From: Eledone cirrhosa
Lineage: Eukaryota
DNA length: 64,000 bases
Direction: 5' to 3'
Assembly (NCBI GenBank): GCA_964016885.1
Contig: OZ024741.1
Span: forward strand, 208,320,001-208,384,000
Part shown: in pieces, positions 43,078-56,764 of the stretch
Numbering within the stretch: the stretch's first letter is position 1
How the letters are laid out: every line of letters begins with the position of its first letter
Translations under genes and position numbers: made by a program
Notes under the pieces: model-generated
The model's input: only the letters and a program-made list of their open reading frames with translations
What the model was told of the DNA's origin: nothing
The model's database searches: none

Positions 43078-43520
43078 AAATAAATGCAGAGCAGCCACGA
43101 CATCTGAGAAACATTATATTGAAAAACATTATATGAGACGGTGAATTGGCAGTATCGGTAGCGGGTTGGACGCCGTGCTTTCTATCATAGTTACGTCCCT
43201 TTACGGTCTGAGTTCAAATCCCGCCGAGGTTAACATTGTCTTTCATCCTTACGGGGTCGATAAAATAAAGTACCAACAATGTACTGGGTAATTGCTGGCC
43301 TTGTGCCAAAAGTAGAAATAATTATATGAGACTCGCAGCAAACATCTTTAAGCTCCGATATAAGGAACATGTTCAATCGTTTTTGTAGTGGGATATAGAG
43401 AACTTCACAACTCTACGTCCCAATTTGTTTGGAATCTAAGGAAATGTGGAATTTAACATGACTTCATAATTTGAATATTTCAGACAGAGACACCACTGGA
43501 TATCTGTAGGTCACTGTTTG
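43078..43520 (+). pseudogene. highly decayed PLE GIY-YIG relic interrupted by a SINE
   Basis: KCRAATTSEKHYI ... HYMRLAANIFKLRYKEHVQSF resembles YIGxTxNxFKxRYxxH. Confidence 0.5.
43140..43320 (+). mobile_element. tRNA/Nin SINE
   Basis: Same family; 12-bp TSD attatatgagac (43128-43139 and 43321-43332). Confidence 0.9.
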
Positions 43521-43604
43521 TGGGATAACCAATCATGGGTGCCGAAAGATACAGGATTCTGGTCCGAGTGCTTGTAATAGACTACTATTATTTCTATAAT
43601 AATA

Positions 43605-44202
43605 TGGTGGATTGGCAGTATCGGTAGAGGGTTTGACGCCATGCTTTCCAGCATAGTTACGTCCCTTTACGATCTGAGTTCAAATCCCGCCGAGGTTTAC
43701 TTTGCCTTTCATCCTTACGGGGTCGATAAAATAAAGTACCAGTAATGCACTGGATAATTGCTGGCCTTGTGCCTAAAGTAGAAACAATTATTTCTATAAT
43801 AATAGGGCGGTGGATTGGCAGTATCAGTAGAGGGTCGGACGCCATTCTTTGACGCATAGAGTTACGCCCTTTTCCATTCTGAGTTCAAATCCTGTCGAGG
43901 TTAACTTTGCCTTTCATCCTTACGGGGTCGATAAAATAAAGTACCAGTAATGCACCGTGTAATTGCTGGCCTTGTGCCAAAAGTAGAAACAATTATTTCT
44001 ATAATAATAGGGAGTGGATTGGCAGTATTGGTAGAGCGTTGATCAACATGCTTCGTGGAATAGAGTTATGGCCCTTTATGGTCTGAGTTCAAATCCCGCC
44101 GAGGTTAAATTTGCCTTTCATCCTTACGGGGTCGATAAAATAAAGTACCAGTAATGTACTGGGTAATTGCTGGCCTTGTGCCAAAAGTAGAAACAATTAT
44201 TT
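43605..44202 (+). mobile_element. head-to-tail trimer of the tRNA/Nin SINE (~200-bp period)
   Basis: Three full copies joined by aattatttctataataatag. Confidence 0.9.
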
Positions 44203-44995
44203 CAGTACTGGATATAGTGTTATCTAATTTGCCTTGAAAATAGAGTTAAGTAATTTTAGTCCCCCGTCATAGCTGGCTCCAGCTGACAATACCTGGAATG
44301 ACCCCCCCCCCCCACCCCCACTCCTATCGAAGGTTACTGAATTCACACTGACTTCACACTTAACTTCGAAATACTAAAAAGGAGGAATGAAGCACGCACC
44401 TAACCCCATTAATTAAAACTGCACAGAACTGAAAAACAGTTACTGGACCTGGGAAAAGGTCCATGACAATTTTTGCAACAATTTTTCCATAGAGAGTATA
44501 ATGGACTAAAGAAGAGAAGAAAAACTACGCTAAAATAACTATGCACCATGCGATGATGTTAGACTAGGCGGTGACGTCAATCTATCCATATCGAGCCATT
44601 TTTAAACTTGGATTGATAAAAAAAAGAGATGGACAATGCTAGAAAGCCCATGATAATACGTCTACTCAATCAGGATAGAGATTGGAACTCAACAACAAAT
44701 ACATCCTTCCAACTAAAAAAGCATTTCGGCTTTATGCCAAACTTAGAAATACACATTTTTCTTTAAACATATAAGGGGATGTTTTTAGAGAGAAGATAAA
44801 AGGAGAATAGTAAGGTTGGATAGGGTATGTTCGCCTAGTGATGGGTCAGGCTGTATCTCGACAGGGATGTTAACAGCTGCCATATTGTTTTAGAGATTGT
44901 TTTATTTATTTTATTTCTGTGTGGGAGTAATGTTGATTAGAGTATTTGATTTCACAATGAAACGACTAACCTGGTTCCTTACCACATTTCCTCCG

Positions 44996-45110
<115 letters not shown>

Positions 45111-45117
45111 TGAAAAA

Positions 45118-45225
45118 AATAAGACTCTAGTTGCATTTTCGATTTCATATTTTTTTTCTGTATACTTTCACTCGTGTAGGACACCTCGGTTATTTTTCAT
45201 TTTGTAACAAAACATCACTTTCTAA
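45118..45225 (+). mobile_element. extreme 3' tail fragment of the Neptune pLTR
   Basis: Matches 15848-15955 and has the same terminus ...tcactttctaa(TA)n. Confidence 0.85.
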
Positions 45226-45566
45226 TATATATATATATATATATATTAGATCGAGGGGACGGGCGGGATATATATATACTTATATATATAACACTAGTTA
45301 GCTTTCTATCACTTTACATAACACAACATTTGCGTATATATATATATGAACATATCGTACAAATATATTAACATTACGATATTCACGTATGTTGTATATA
45401 CACCTATATGATATTACTGTTGTATGAATTTCGAATGTACGTATACATACATGTTTCTATGTATAAATGTATATATCTATGTATGTATGCATGTATATAT
45501 GCATGTATATATGCATGTATATATGCATGCATATATACATATATATATATACGCGTACATACACAT

Positions 45567-46810
45567 ATGGTGGGTGCCAACTCGTTTTCGAGTACGGCCA
45601 CTACTTTATATTCATGTAGGAGAACCCCTACCGATGCGTTTAACAAGTGTGACTTTTTAGTCCAGCCAGTGACTTGAAAACTCTGGTTCAAACACTACAC
45701 TTGTGACAATTATTGACAGATAGTGCTGGGCCCATGGTACATGTGATGACAAGTTCAGAGAGATCTCCAGATATAAAGCAATGCCTGTGCCGCGAAGCTT
45801 TTATAGTGAGCAAAGGCACTGCACAAAGCCAGTCCCACTCTCTTAACCAAGATGATATTTACCAAAAAGAAGAACAAGTCAACATCATTGGATACCATCA
45901 GGGTTGCAGGTGTTATATCAGAGTTTTCCTTCTCCTAGAATTCTGCCTTAACAAAGGCTAAGAGGTCATCTCTCCCGGTGATTTTGGATGGCCATTGACT
46001 CTTAAGAGCTCCTTTGCCCTTTGACAGGTTTTGTTTTTAGTCCTCCAGGATGCCAAAGTCACCCTCCTCACCAAGAAACCTTTGTGGGGTTGCCAGTTTA
46101 GTCGCCAACGACCCGACCATGAGACAGGTTCTACTGGGATACATGTTACCAGTAGCACCAACTGGTGACCTGACATACACATATACATACGTACATACAC
46201 ACATGGTGGCTGCCAACTCGTGTTCGAGTACGGCCACTACTTTATATCTATGTAGGAGAACTCCTACCGATGCGCTGAACGAGTGTGACTTTTTAGTCCA
46301 GCCAGCGACTTGAAAACTCTGGTACAAACACTACACTTGTGACAATTATTGACACATAGTGCTGGGCCCATGGTACCATGTGATGACAAGTGCAGAGAGA
46401 TCTCCAGATATAAAGCAATGCCTGTGCCGTGAAGATTTTATAGTGAGCAAAGGCACTGCACAAAGCCAGTCCCACTCTCTTAAACAAGATGATATTTACC
46501 AAAAAGAAGAACAAGTCAGCATCATTGGATACCATCAGAGATGCAGGTGTTATATCAGAGTTTTCCTTCTCCTAGAATTCTGCCTTGACAAAGGCTAAGG
46601 GCTCATCTCTCCCGGTGATTTTGGATGGCCATTGACTCTTAAGAGCTCCTTTGCCCTTTGACAGGTTTTGTTTTTAGTCCTGCAGGATGTCCAAAGTCAC
46701 CCTCCTCATAAGAAACCTTGGTGGGGTTGCCAGTTTAGTCGCCAACGACCCGACCATGGGACAGGTTGTACTGGGATACATGTTACCAGTAACACCAACT
46801 GGTGACCTGG
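45567..46810 (-). mobile_element. tandem dimer (637-bp period) of a non-autonomous, probably RTE-derived element
   Basis: Minus strand ends in a C2H2 relic HKCSVCTRVFKSLAGLKSHTRSAHR* plus a (TGTA)-like tail; no RT; clade call is an inference. Confidence 0.65.
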
Positions 46811-46826
46811 AATACACACATACATA

Positions 46827-49126
46827 CAAACTACCGATCCATTGCATGCCAGAACCTGATGTATAAGATGTAAACAGGCTGCCTGAACCTATTCCTCCAA
46901 GATCACTGTGAAAATAATAACATCATCACAGATGAACAAGCAGCTGGAAAGAAAGGGGTTTGGGGATGTGCTGAACAACTCCTAATCGACAAAATTGCGA
47001 TGTCGGAGGTGCGACAACTTAGGAGGAATATGGCTACAGTCTGGCTGAACTACAGGAAAGCCTTCGATTCTGTTCCCCACTCTTGGATGATAGAGGCCCT
47101 CCAACTTGCTAAAATCCCAGACATTATTGTCACAGCCATAAAAAGGCTGTCTTCTTCTTGGGCTACTATCCTAAGGTTAAAGACAGAGAGGAAGGACTCT
47201 ATTTTCACTGATAAAATAAAATATCGCAGGGGCATATTTCAGGGGGACAGTCTCTCTGTGATATTATTCATCTTGTCATTAAACCCCTTGTCCTTTCTGC
47301 TCAAGAAATGTGAGGGATACATCATTGGCTCACACGGGGACAGAAATACGAATCTAACCCATAATTTCTTTGTGGACGATCTGAAACTCTATGCCAAGAA
47401 CATGGATGGGATGAAAAAAAGTCTTGACCTGGTTACAACGTTCTCAAAGGATATAGGAATGGAGCTTGGCCAAGATAAATGCTCATACATGACTGTAAAG
47501 CGGGGAAAAACAACAACCCAATAAACAACATTGTCATCAATGGCCTAACTGTTTCAACGATATCTGATGTGGACTGTTACAGATACCTGGGGATAGATGA
47601 GAACATATCCTGTAATGGTATCTGTAATAAGGACGCGTAACCAAGGAATACTACACCCGATTAAGAAGATTTGGTCATCGGAACTCTCTGCGCAAAGCAA
47701 CACACTATGTGTTTGCTGTGCCTGTCCTAACACCAACGTTTGGAATACTCAATTGGACGATAGACGAAATCCGAGCAGTTGAAAAATACTAAACAACACC
47801 GGAAACTTCCACATCAACAGTGACAGAGACCGCCTTTACTTGAAACGTAAGCAGGGAGTCAGAGGCCTAACATCAGTCCAGACAGCATTTGAATGTCGCA
47901 TCATATCTCTTCGACAAGATCTATGAACCTCGGAGCGTAGGAGCCCGTCTCTCGAGCAAGTCTATCTGCATGAACCAGATAAGATCACGAGAGTTGGGAA
48001 GGAACTCCTCGAGTGATATTCCCTGTGTGATAATGAAAAACTCACACCCAGGGAATTCGCTCAGCAGTATCGCGGTGAATCCATGGATGAAAAACTGCAT
48101 GCTTATCAGCAAAGAATCATGCATGGATATGTTGCCAGGAAGCTCCAGAGTGAGAGTAATATAGATAAGGAAAGTAGTCTATCTTGGACCAACAACCGCT
48201 ATATTGGCTCCCACTTTGAAGGATACGCTTTTACAATCCAAGAACAGGAGATTAACACGAAAAACCTGATTCACAAAAGAGATAGGGATGCAGGCAAAAC
48301 ACCTAGATGTGATAACAAGTGCAGACTCTGCAGAACTAACATCGAGGATATCACCCATGTCATCAGAAGCTACCCAAAGCTGTCATCGCGGTACTATCTA
48401 CCTATGAGGCATGATGTAGTGGCCAAAACACTGTACAATGCAGTTTGTAAAAAATATAGCCCCGATAATAAACACATTAAAAGCTACAGTAATGTGGAAG
48501 ACATCCATGTACATAATATGAAAGAGTACTGGTGGAATGTTCCAGTAAAAACCCCAATAAAATGCAGGCATAACAGACCAGATGTTATGATATGAGACAG
48601 GGAGAAGAAAGCATGCACAGTAGTGGAAATTAGTTGCCCAGCAGATGTCAATATAATATCAAAGATTAGCGTAAAGGAGAATATTTATGCAGAACTGAGG
48701 AGAAATCTGCAGATACTCCACCCTGATTACACCTTCAGATTTATGCCTGTGATTATTGGGGCACTGGGGTATGTTAGTAACTGCCTCAATATAAGTCTTG
48801 AGAAGCTAGGCTTCACAGAAACAGAAAGAACAGTTAGGAAATTACAAGTACAATCCATTAATGTAACAGTAAAAATATGTAAAGCATTCAAAAATGTTGC
48901 ATCTAATAACTGCATATACACATGTACAGATACGAAGCATATACACATGCACACATACAAACATACAACTCAAAACATCCACATCCACACATACAATAGC
49001 ATCCATATCTACACATGCATGCATATCTAGTTGATGTGTAAATTCCAATGAGTGAGTCTTGTGTCTATGTTAGAAACCGACTCTCTCTCTATTGGGGAAA
49101 CATTTGTGAAATTATAAAACCAGAAC
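46827..49126 (+). mobile_element. 5'-truncated R4/Dong-like non-LTR retrotransposon (RT + CCHC + restriction-like endonuclease), pseudogenised
   Basis: NYRSIAC, YRKAFDSVPH, GIFQGDSLS, FFVDDLKLY, CRLC..EDITH, RHD, NRPD..VEISCP; (CATA)n tail. Confidence 0.88.
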
Positions 49127-49829
49127 ATACATACATACATTCATACAACAGTAATATCGTATACAACGTACGTGCATATCGAAATATTAATATATTTAAA
49201 CGGTGTGTTCATTTGCGTGTGCTATCATTCCCTTGTAATACACACTGAAATTCTATATACATGTATTTTATACACCCTTGGGTGATAACGCAACAAAGTA
49301 GCTTTAATGTGTTTTTGTGTGTTTTATATATACGTAACTCTTGTAATGTAGTCAACGAGTGTACACATATGTTTGTAAATATGTATGAGTAATTTTATAC
49401 CTTACTCCTGTGTATATCTCATGCGTTTCGCGCCCACCAGCGCGTGTGAACAGCCGTTTGAAATAACACTGATGTCGATGTACATGTGTGCACATTGCTG
49501 CCATATGTATATATATATACATGTGTGTGCGTATGAGTTTTATATATATATATATATATAAAATACGTAGTTAAGAAAGCCACAACAATGCAGAGGGAAA
49601 TCTCGAGGTAGGAAGTGAAAGATAGATAGGAAAAACAGGTGAAAGTGAAAATTGAGAGAGACAAAGATGAAAACAAAACAAAGGGAGAAGGGTTACCGTA
49701 GTGGAGATTTAATCCCAATATTACGGGCTCACGCCCATCAACGGGGGAAAGTTCCAAAAGGGGGGGAAAACAGGCCAAGCGGAGAAAGTTGTGATGTCGT
49801 TAAGACAGGAGTGCCGGCACTTTAACGCT

Positions 49830-50055
49830 TGAAATAATGCTTTCTGATTTAGACACAAGGCTAACAATTTTGGGGGAGGGAAAATCGATTGAACCGACCC
49901 CAAGGCGTTACTGGTACTTCATTTTATCGACCCAGTAAGGATGAAAGGCAAAGCTATCCTCGACGCGATTTGAACTCAGAACATAAAGGGCCGTAACTCA
50001 ATGCCATAAAGCATGCTGTCCGGCACTCTGGTGACTCTGCCAATCAATCACCCTT
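49830..50055 (-). mobile_element. tRNA/Nin SINE (subfamily variant)
   Basis: ctggtacttcattttatcgacccagtaaggatgaaaggcaaag...gatttgaactcaga...ctctgccaat. Confidence 0.85.
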
Positions 50056-50629
50056 GAAATAATAGTAAACGAGTCTTAATGTTTCAGACACTAGTCCTTC
50101 ATAAGAAGATAGAATGAGAAAGAAGAGGTGAAATAGAAAGATAAAGTGAAAGAGGAAAGAACGGAAAATAAAAATCACACGTGCGTATTCAATCGGCCAT
50201 TTTGGAGAGATGCTGATGATTGGGTATCTTAGACATTAGAGAGGCTTAGGAAGGAAGGTAATCATTGTATTTCGGGATGAACATGTGTGCGCGTGTGTAG
50301 GTTTCTTTGTTTGTGAAGAGGTTTGAAGGATCGTGACAGGCTGACTACTGTACTAGTGTAGAGGTGTGAGTGAGCGAGCGCGCATGAACTGACCAACGTA
50401 GCGAAATATACAAATATGTATATCGCACATATCGCCGGCCCATCGTATCACAAAAAATGTTAAAATTATTTTAAATTGTTTAAATATTTGTATACCATGT
50501 GACGAGATCGGACCAATGGGTAGGAAGATCACTACCTAGACGATGACCCCATCGAAATATATATCATGGGTATGAAAATAAATCTACATACTACTGCATA
50601 ATGCCTTCGGTATATTTAATATCCCCCCC

Positions 50630-51499
<870 letters not shown>

Positions 51500-51501
51500 T
51501 A

Positions 51502-51842
51502 TATAGTGTATTTTGCAATACACTGAATGCTTAATTAAAAGCATTTCGAAGACCTTATGCTATTGTTTTAGAGTAGTGACAGACTCACTTACTTTAATTT
51601 CAGCAATCAGGGGGAGATAAAGCTGATAAGGCCTTGTTTCGCATTTATTGATTCTTATCAAAGCCAACTACTCCTCCTGTTTGCTGAAATCATGGATGTT
51701 TGGTTCTTATAGAATTCTAGTAAATAATCAGGAACTGATTATACAGAGCGGTTGCCGGTCAAGCAGAAATTAAAAATTAGAATTGGTGCGTATATATAGT
51801 GTATTTTGCATTCATATATATATAGCTATTTCAGTGCACCAA

Positions 51843-51850
<8 letters not shown>
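51502..51850 (-). mobile_element. ~290-bp HHR mini-element with terminal direct repeat and short inversion
   Basis: tatatagtgtattttgca occurs twice; minus-strand HHR 51621-51665 ggct TTGATAA gaatcaataaatgc GAAAC aaggcctt ATC agct. Confidence 0.55.
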
Positions 51851-51889
<39 letters not shown>

Positions 51890-52034
51890 CCGCCTCCGTG
51901 GTATTTTCTTCGTGGTTATAAGAGGCTTAGCTCTGTTTCTCGACCGTTATATCGCGTGACTATCTCCCCCTCCGCCTTTTGGGATTCTTTCTCACGTCGT
52001 GTAGACGCGTTCTTGAGACTAGTAAAATGAGGTA

Positions 52035-52122
52035 TCCTCTTGATAAGTCGGCAGACCTCGCAAGGACTCTATATCTTTGATATATTGTTTTTGTTTATGC
52101 CACGAAACTACGTAGTCGAGGA
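52035..52122 (+). ncRNA. hammerhead ribozyme, U3-A8 core, in a solo pLTR-like fragment (51886-52197)
   Basis: tcctc TTGATAA gt-c-ggca...tgcc-ac GAAAC tacgta GTC gagga. Confidence 0.85.
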
Positions 52123-52195
52123 ATTTAGGAACAGTTTAGGTATGATACATTTTATTACTAATTATATCTAAATGTTTCTTCTCTCTTTCTTCATA

Positions 52196-52233
<38 letters not shown>

Positions 52234-52237
<4 letters not shown>

Positions 52238-52800
52238 ACTCATTCTAGTGAAGTGATATGGTTTAAAAGAAGCTGTTTCCATAATTGCGAATATTATTAA
52301 TATTCGAAAAACTCAGATTACATTTATTGTATTCAGCCGTGTAAGCGATAACTTTTTTCATTTATGTGAATATGGCAAAGCCGGCCATTAATCACTCATA
52401 TACAGGAAACTGACTGGCCAGTCCGATGATATGCAAATCTGGCTGATCAGTGGATCTGCTAATATGCAGATCTGGCTGATCAGCCAGTCTGCTAATATGC
52501 AAATCAGGCCGGTCATTCACTGCATATTTTCGAAAATATATATTTTCACTAGCTCTGACAGTTGGCAGGTGAAGAGTGAATTGTACTGATGAAGGGTATT
52601 CACCCAGAAACATTAGTGTCTGAAGTTCTGTTTACATGCCAACACAAGAGCAAGAATGAGGGACTCATTCTACTGACATTGGCTTTAAAAATGAGGCTTG
52701 TTTTCATAAATACAAACGAATCCAATGTTATTATAATATTCGAAAAACTCTTATTACATTTATTGTATTCAGCCATGTAGAGTGATAACTTTTTTATTTA
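52234..52800 (+). mobile_element. retrozyme-like element (~426-bp unit, 1.3 copies) with triplicated octamer module
   Basis: 52234-52365 matches 52660-52800; 33-bp repeats with ATGCA(A/G)AT at 52431, 52464, 52497; HHR. Confidence 0.8.
52578..52628 (+). ncRNA. type-I hammerhead ribozyme
   Basis: gaattgta CTGATGA a-gggt-attc-accc-a GAAAC at-ta-gt GTC tgaagttc. Confidence 0.8.
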
Positions 52801-52806
52801 TACATA

Positions 52807-52884
<78 letters not shown>

Positions 52885-54239
52885 TAGAAGTGGTATTTAA
52901 TTTGTTGGAAGTCCAACAAATATAAATGTTTATAACTGATTTAGAGTACTCAACAGTTTCCTGGAGTAAATATTCAATGATATTAAATAAATGGAAACTA
53001 TATTTATAAAACCATATTTATTTTATTATATATATTTCTAGGGCAACCAAGACAACATTGGTACGCTTTCATCAGATAAAATACAAAATTTGTTTTATAA
53101 ATAGAGACATACCCATGAAAATCATACATTATCGGTTGGAAATTCACTGGATAGTGGAAATATATTAGGGATTATTCAAACTTATATGTGAATATGCAAA
53201 TGAATATGTAAATAATTGAAAAACAACCGTTTATTTAAATGACACTGGAGAAAGAGAGAGAGAAAAGAGAGAGTGAGAGAGATAGAGAGAAGAAATTAAC
53301 AATAGGATGTATAAAACTCATATAACGTTAATTTGGGGGAATATATTCTAAATATATATCTAATGGTACGTGTATTTACGATTAATTAGTTGTTAAAATT
53401 CTTTTCTAATATAATATTTATTGTTATAAGTAGATAGAAAAATAAATAGATAGAAGAATAAATAGATAGAAGAATAGATAGAAAAATAAATAAATAAATA
53501 AATAAAAAGATAAATGGATAAATAGATAAATAAATGAATAGATGGGTATATCGTGTTATAGATAATTGTTTTAATGAGTTATGAGGGATATTGGTTTTGT
53601 ATTTAATGGAAGTAAATATTAAGTTAAATTAAATTAAGTTAACTGAGTTAATAAGAATATTTATATATTTATATTTATATATTTTAAAATGGGAAGATAC
53701 GGAAAAACCTCCCGTTTTGTTTATTTATTCGTTAGTATGAGACTAATTTGTCAAAATAAGTATAAATGTTGAAAGATATATTTAGCCAGAATTAGTTAGT
53801 GGTTATAAATCTAATAAAAGATATTGAAAAAATATTTTAAATATTCGGGAAAATTTTTTTAAAATATAATTTATAAGAGATAAATAATAATAAAAAAAAA
53901 AAAAAGTAATTTTTAAAAATAGATAAAAAATTAAAGAAATAATTAAAAATTATTAAGATTAAAATTACAATTAAAATTTAAATTTAAATTAAAATTAAAA
54001 TAAAAAAAATTAGAATTATATATGTATATATTTTAAGAAACTTTAAGAAGTGAAATTATAGCAAATGTTATAGATATGATTTAGAGATATCAATATATTA
54101 AAACCAACTGGATAAGATTGCTATGGAAATAAGTAGAAATATTATAAGTGTAATTATAATTTATATATAGTTCTAAATGTTGAATTCAGGCAATGTCTAC
54201 AAGAACTAAATAAATTCGTCCTTATATTAATAGTCTTAC

Positions 54240-55420
54240 ATTTAAGTATAAAAAAAATGATGATATGCTGCTTTTAATTGAAAATCATAGTAATTGTTAA
54301 ATTAATAGAAAAAGAAAATCCATAATACAATTCTTCAATAGCTACAACCTTAAGTTAGAAATAGAGAATAACTATAAAATTGTTAACTTTTTAGACGTAA
54401 CATTAAACCTTAACACAGTGCTCTACTATCCATTCCATAAAACTAATGAGAATCTAAACTATGTAAGTTTTAACTCTAATCATCCTAGATCTATCAAGAA
54501 CACTATTGTTAATTCTATCCAACAACGTATTTCACGCATCTCCGTTAATAAAAACATTTTTGACGATAAGGCAGAATATTATAATGAAACTTTAAATAGA
54601 GCAGGCTATATAAATAAGATTAAATACATCGACAACAGTGGTAAGGCAAATAACCCTACTATTAATTATAATTACAATAAAAAATCTAAAGCTAACAGAA
54701 GAAATAGAATTAGAAATATTATTTGGTACTCACCCCCATTCTCGTTAAGCGTTAAAACACCTTTAGCAAAGCTATTCTTTAAAGCTCTAGATAAATGTGT
54801 TCCTTTAGGAACACATTTATCTAGAGCTTTAAAGATACCCCTCAATCTTTAACAGACATACTATAAAACTATCTTATTCTACTGCTATGAACATAACACA
54901 GAATATAAATAGAATCAATAATAGAAATTTAAACCATAACCAAAATAGCAGTAATATCTCGAGCAATATCCAACATAATAGTACCGTTCTGAATAACAAC
55001 TCCGTAAAATGTAACTGTAGAATTAAATTAAACTGTCCTTTACAAAATAAGTGTTTAGATAGGGAGGTGGTCTATAAATGTACAGTTAAAACCAATGATA
55101 ATATATTTAACTATGTAGGTGCAACTTTTACGGAATTTAAAAGTCGCTGGAATAATCACAAATGCTCTTTCCAAAGATTTGATAAAATATCTTCAACTTC
55201 TCTTTCAAACCTGATATGGAACTTAAAATGCATGAATATAGACTATTCTTTAACTTGGGAAATAGTTTCAAAACACAGCTTTATCTAGATTTTGCAAATT
55301 GTGTGTTGAGGAAATTTTTTTCATACTTAAATGTAAGAACTCTATTAATATAAGGACAAATTTATTTAGTTCTTGTAGTTATCGCCTGAATTCAACATTT
55401 AGAACTATATATAAATTATA
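54240..55420 (+). pseudogene. Naiad RT C-terminus + GIY-YIG (frameshifted)
   Basis: VNFLDVTL, YPFHK..SNHP, IWYSPPF, CNCRIKLNCPL..YVGATFTEFKSRWNNH. Confidence 0.9.
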
Positions 55421-55926
55421 ATTACACTTATAATATTTCTACTTTTTTCCATAACAATCTTATCCACTTGGTATATTGATATCTCTAAATCCTATCTATA
55501 ACATTTGCTATAATTTCACTTCTTAAAGTTTCTTAAAATATATACATATATAATTCTAATTTTTTAAATTTTAAATTTAATTTTAATTTTAATTTTCTTT
55601 TTAATTTAAATTGTAATTTTAATCTTAATAATTTTTAATTATTTCTTTAATTTTTTATCTATTTTTAAAAATTACTTCTTTTTTTTTAAATTACTTTTCT
55701 TTTTTTAAATTACATCTCTTATAAATTATTTTTTTAAAAAGTTTTCCCGAACTTTAAAATATTTTTTCAATATCTTTTATTAGATTAGTTGAAAAAAATG
55801 AAAACGAAATTTCATTTCTCACTCTTAGTATGGCACTTACTTAAATGTAAGTATGTATGTATACGTACATACATATATGTAACTGATGCGTGCATATATG
55901 TATGTGTACCTGTATGCATATGTGTA

Positions 55927-55977
<51 letters not shown>

Positions 55978-56133
55978 GCATGCTACTGTACGTCTGTATA
56001 CATATATGTATGTACGTATACATACATACTTACATTTAAGTAAGTGCCATACTAAGAGTGAGAAATGAAATTTCGTTTTCATTTTTTTCAACTTATCGTT
56101 TTCGGTATGCCTGACCGATTTAACTCACTCAAT

Positions 56134-56186
56134 ATGCAAATTAGGCTGCTCAGCCGTTAATTTTCATAAGGAAAGTATATACTTTC
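56134..56186 (+). promoter_or_regulatory. octamer + inverted octamer-like site + TATA-centred palindrome (repeated in every unit)
   Basis: ATGCAAAT-ta-ggctgctcagcc-gttaATTTTCAT-aag-GAAAGTATATACTTTC; promoter role is inferred. Confidence 0.5.
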
Positions 56187-56215
56187 GAACGTTCAACTAT
56201 CTGGCAGATGGGTAA

Positions 56216-56258
56216 ACGGTGCTGATGATAGCTAACAAGCTTGAAACTAGTACATCGT
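56216..56258 (+). ncRNA. minimal type-I hammerhead ribozyme (unit 1)
   Basis: acggtg CTGATGA t-agct-aaca-agct-t GAAAC ta GTA catcgt; stem III palindrome ACTAGT. Confidence 0.88.
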
Positions 56259-56436
56259 TCCTGTGTCAGTGTTGAACAAAAAGGTGACGTGGTTGCCTTA
56301 ACACCGTATGGCATAAATTCAGGCTGTTCGCTTTGTTGACAAACAAACGAACAAAGCGGCCGGCGTTATAATAAACGTCGGCTAAACTGATGCGTGCATA
56401 TATGTATGTGTACCTGTATGCATATGTGTATATATG

Positions 56437-56478
<42 letters not shown>

Positions 56479-56721
56479 TATATGCATGCTACTGTACGTC
56501 TGTATACATATATGTATGTACGTATACATACATACTTACATTTAAGTAAGTGCCATACTAAGAGTGAGAAATGAAATTTCGTTTTCATTTTTTTCAACTT
56601 ATCGTTTTCGGTATGCCTGACCGATTTAACTCACTCAATATGCAAATTAGGCTGCTCAGCCGTTAATTTTCATAAGGAAAGTATATACTTTCGAACGTTC
56701 AACTATCTGGCAGATGGGTAA

Positions 56722-56764
56722 ACGGTGCTGATGATAGCTAACAAGCTTGAAACTAGTACATCGT
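56722..56764 (+). ncRNA. minimal type-I hammerhead ribozyme (unit 2)
   Basis: Identical to 56216-56258. Confidence 0.88.

Noticed and set aside
46720-46810. HDV-like ribozyme at the 5' end of the RTE-derived unit
   Set aside because: P1/P3/L3/P1.1 could not be assembled; it folds better as a simple three-way junction.
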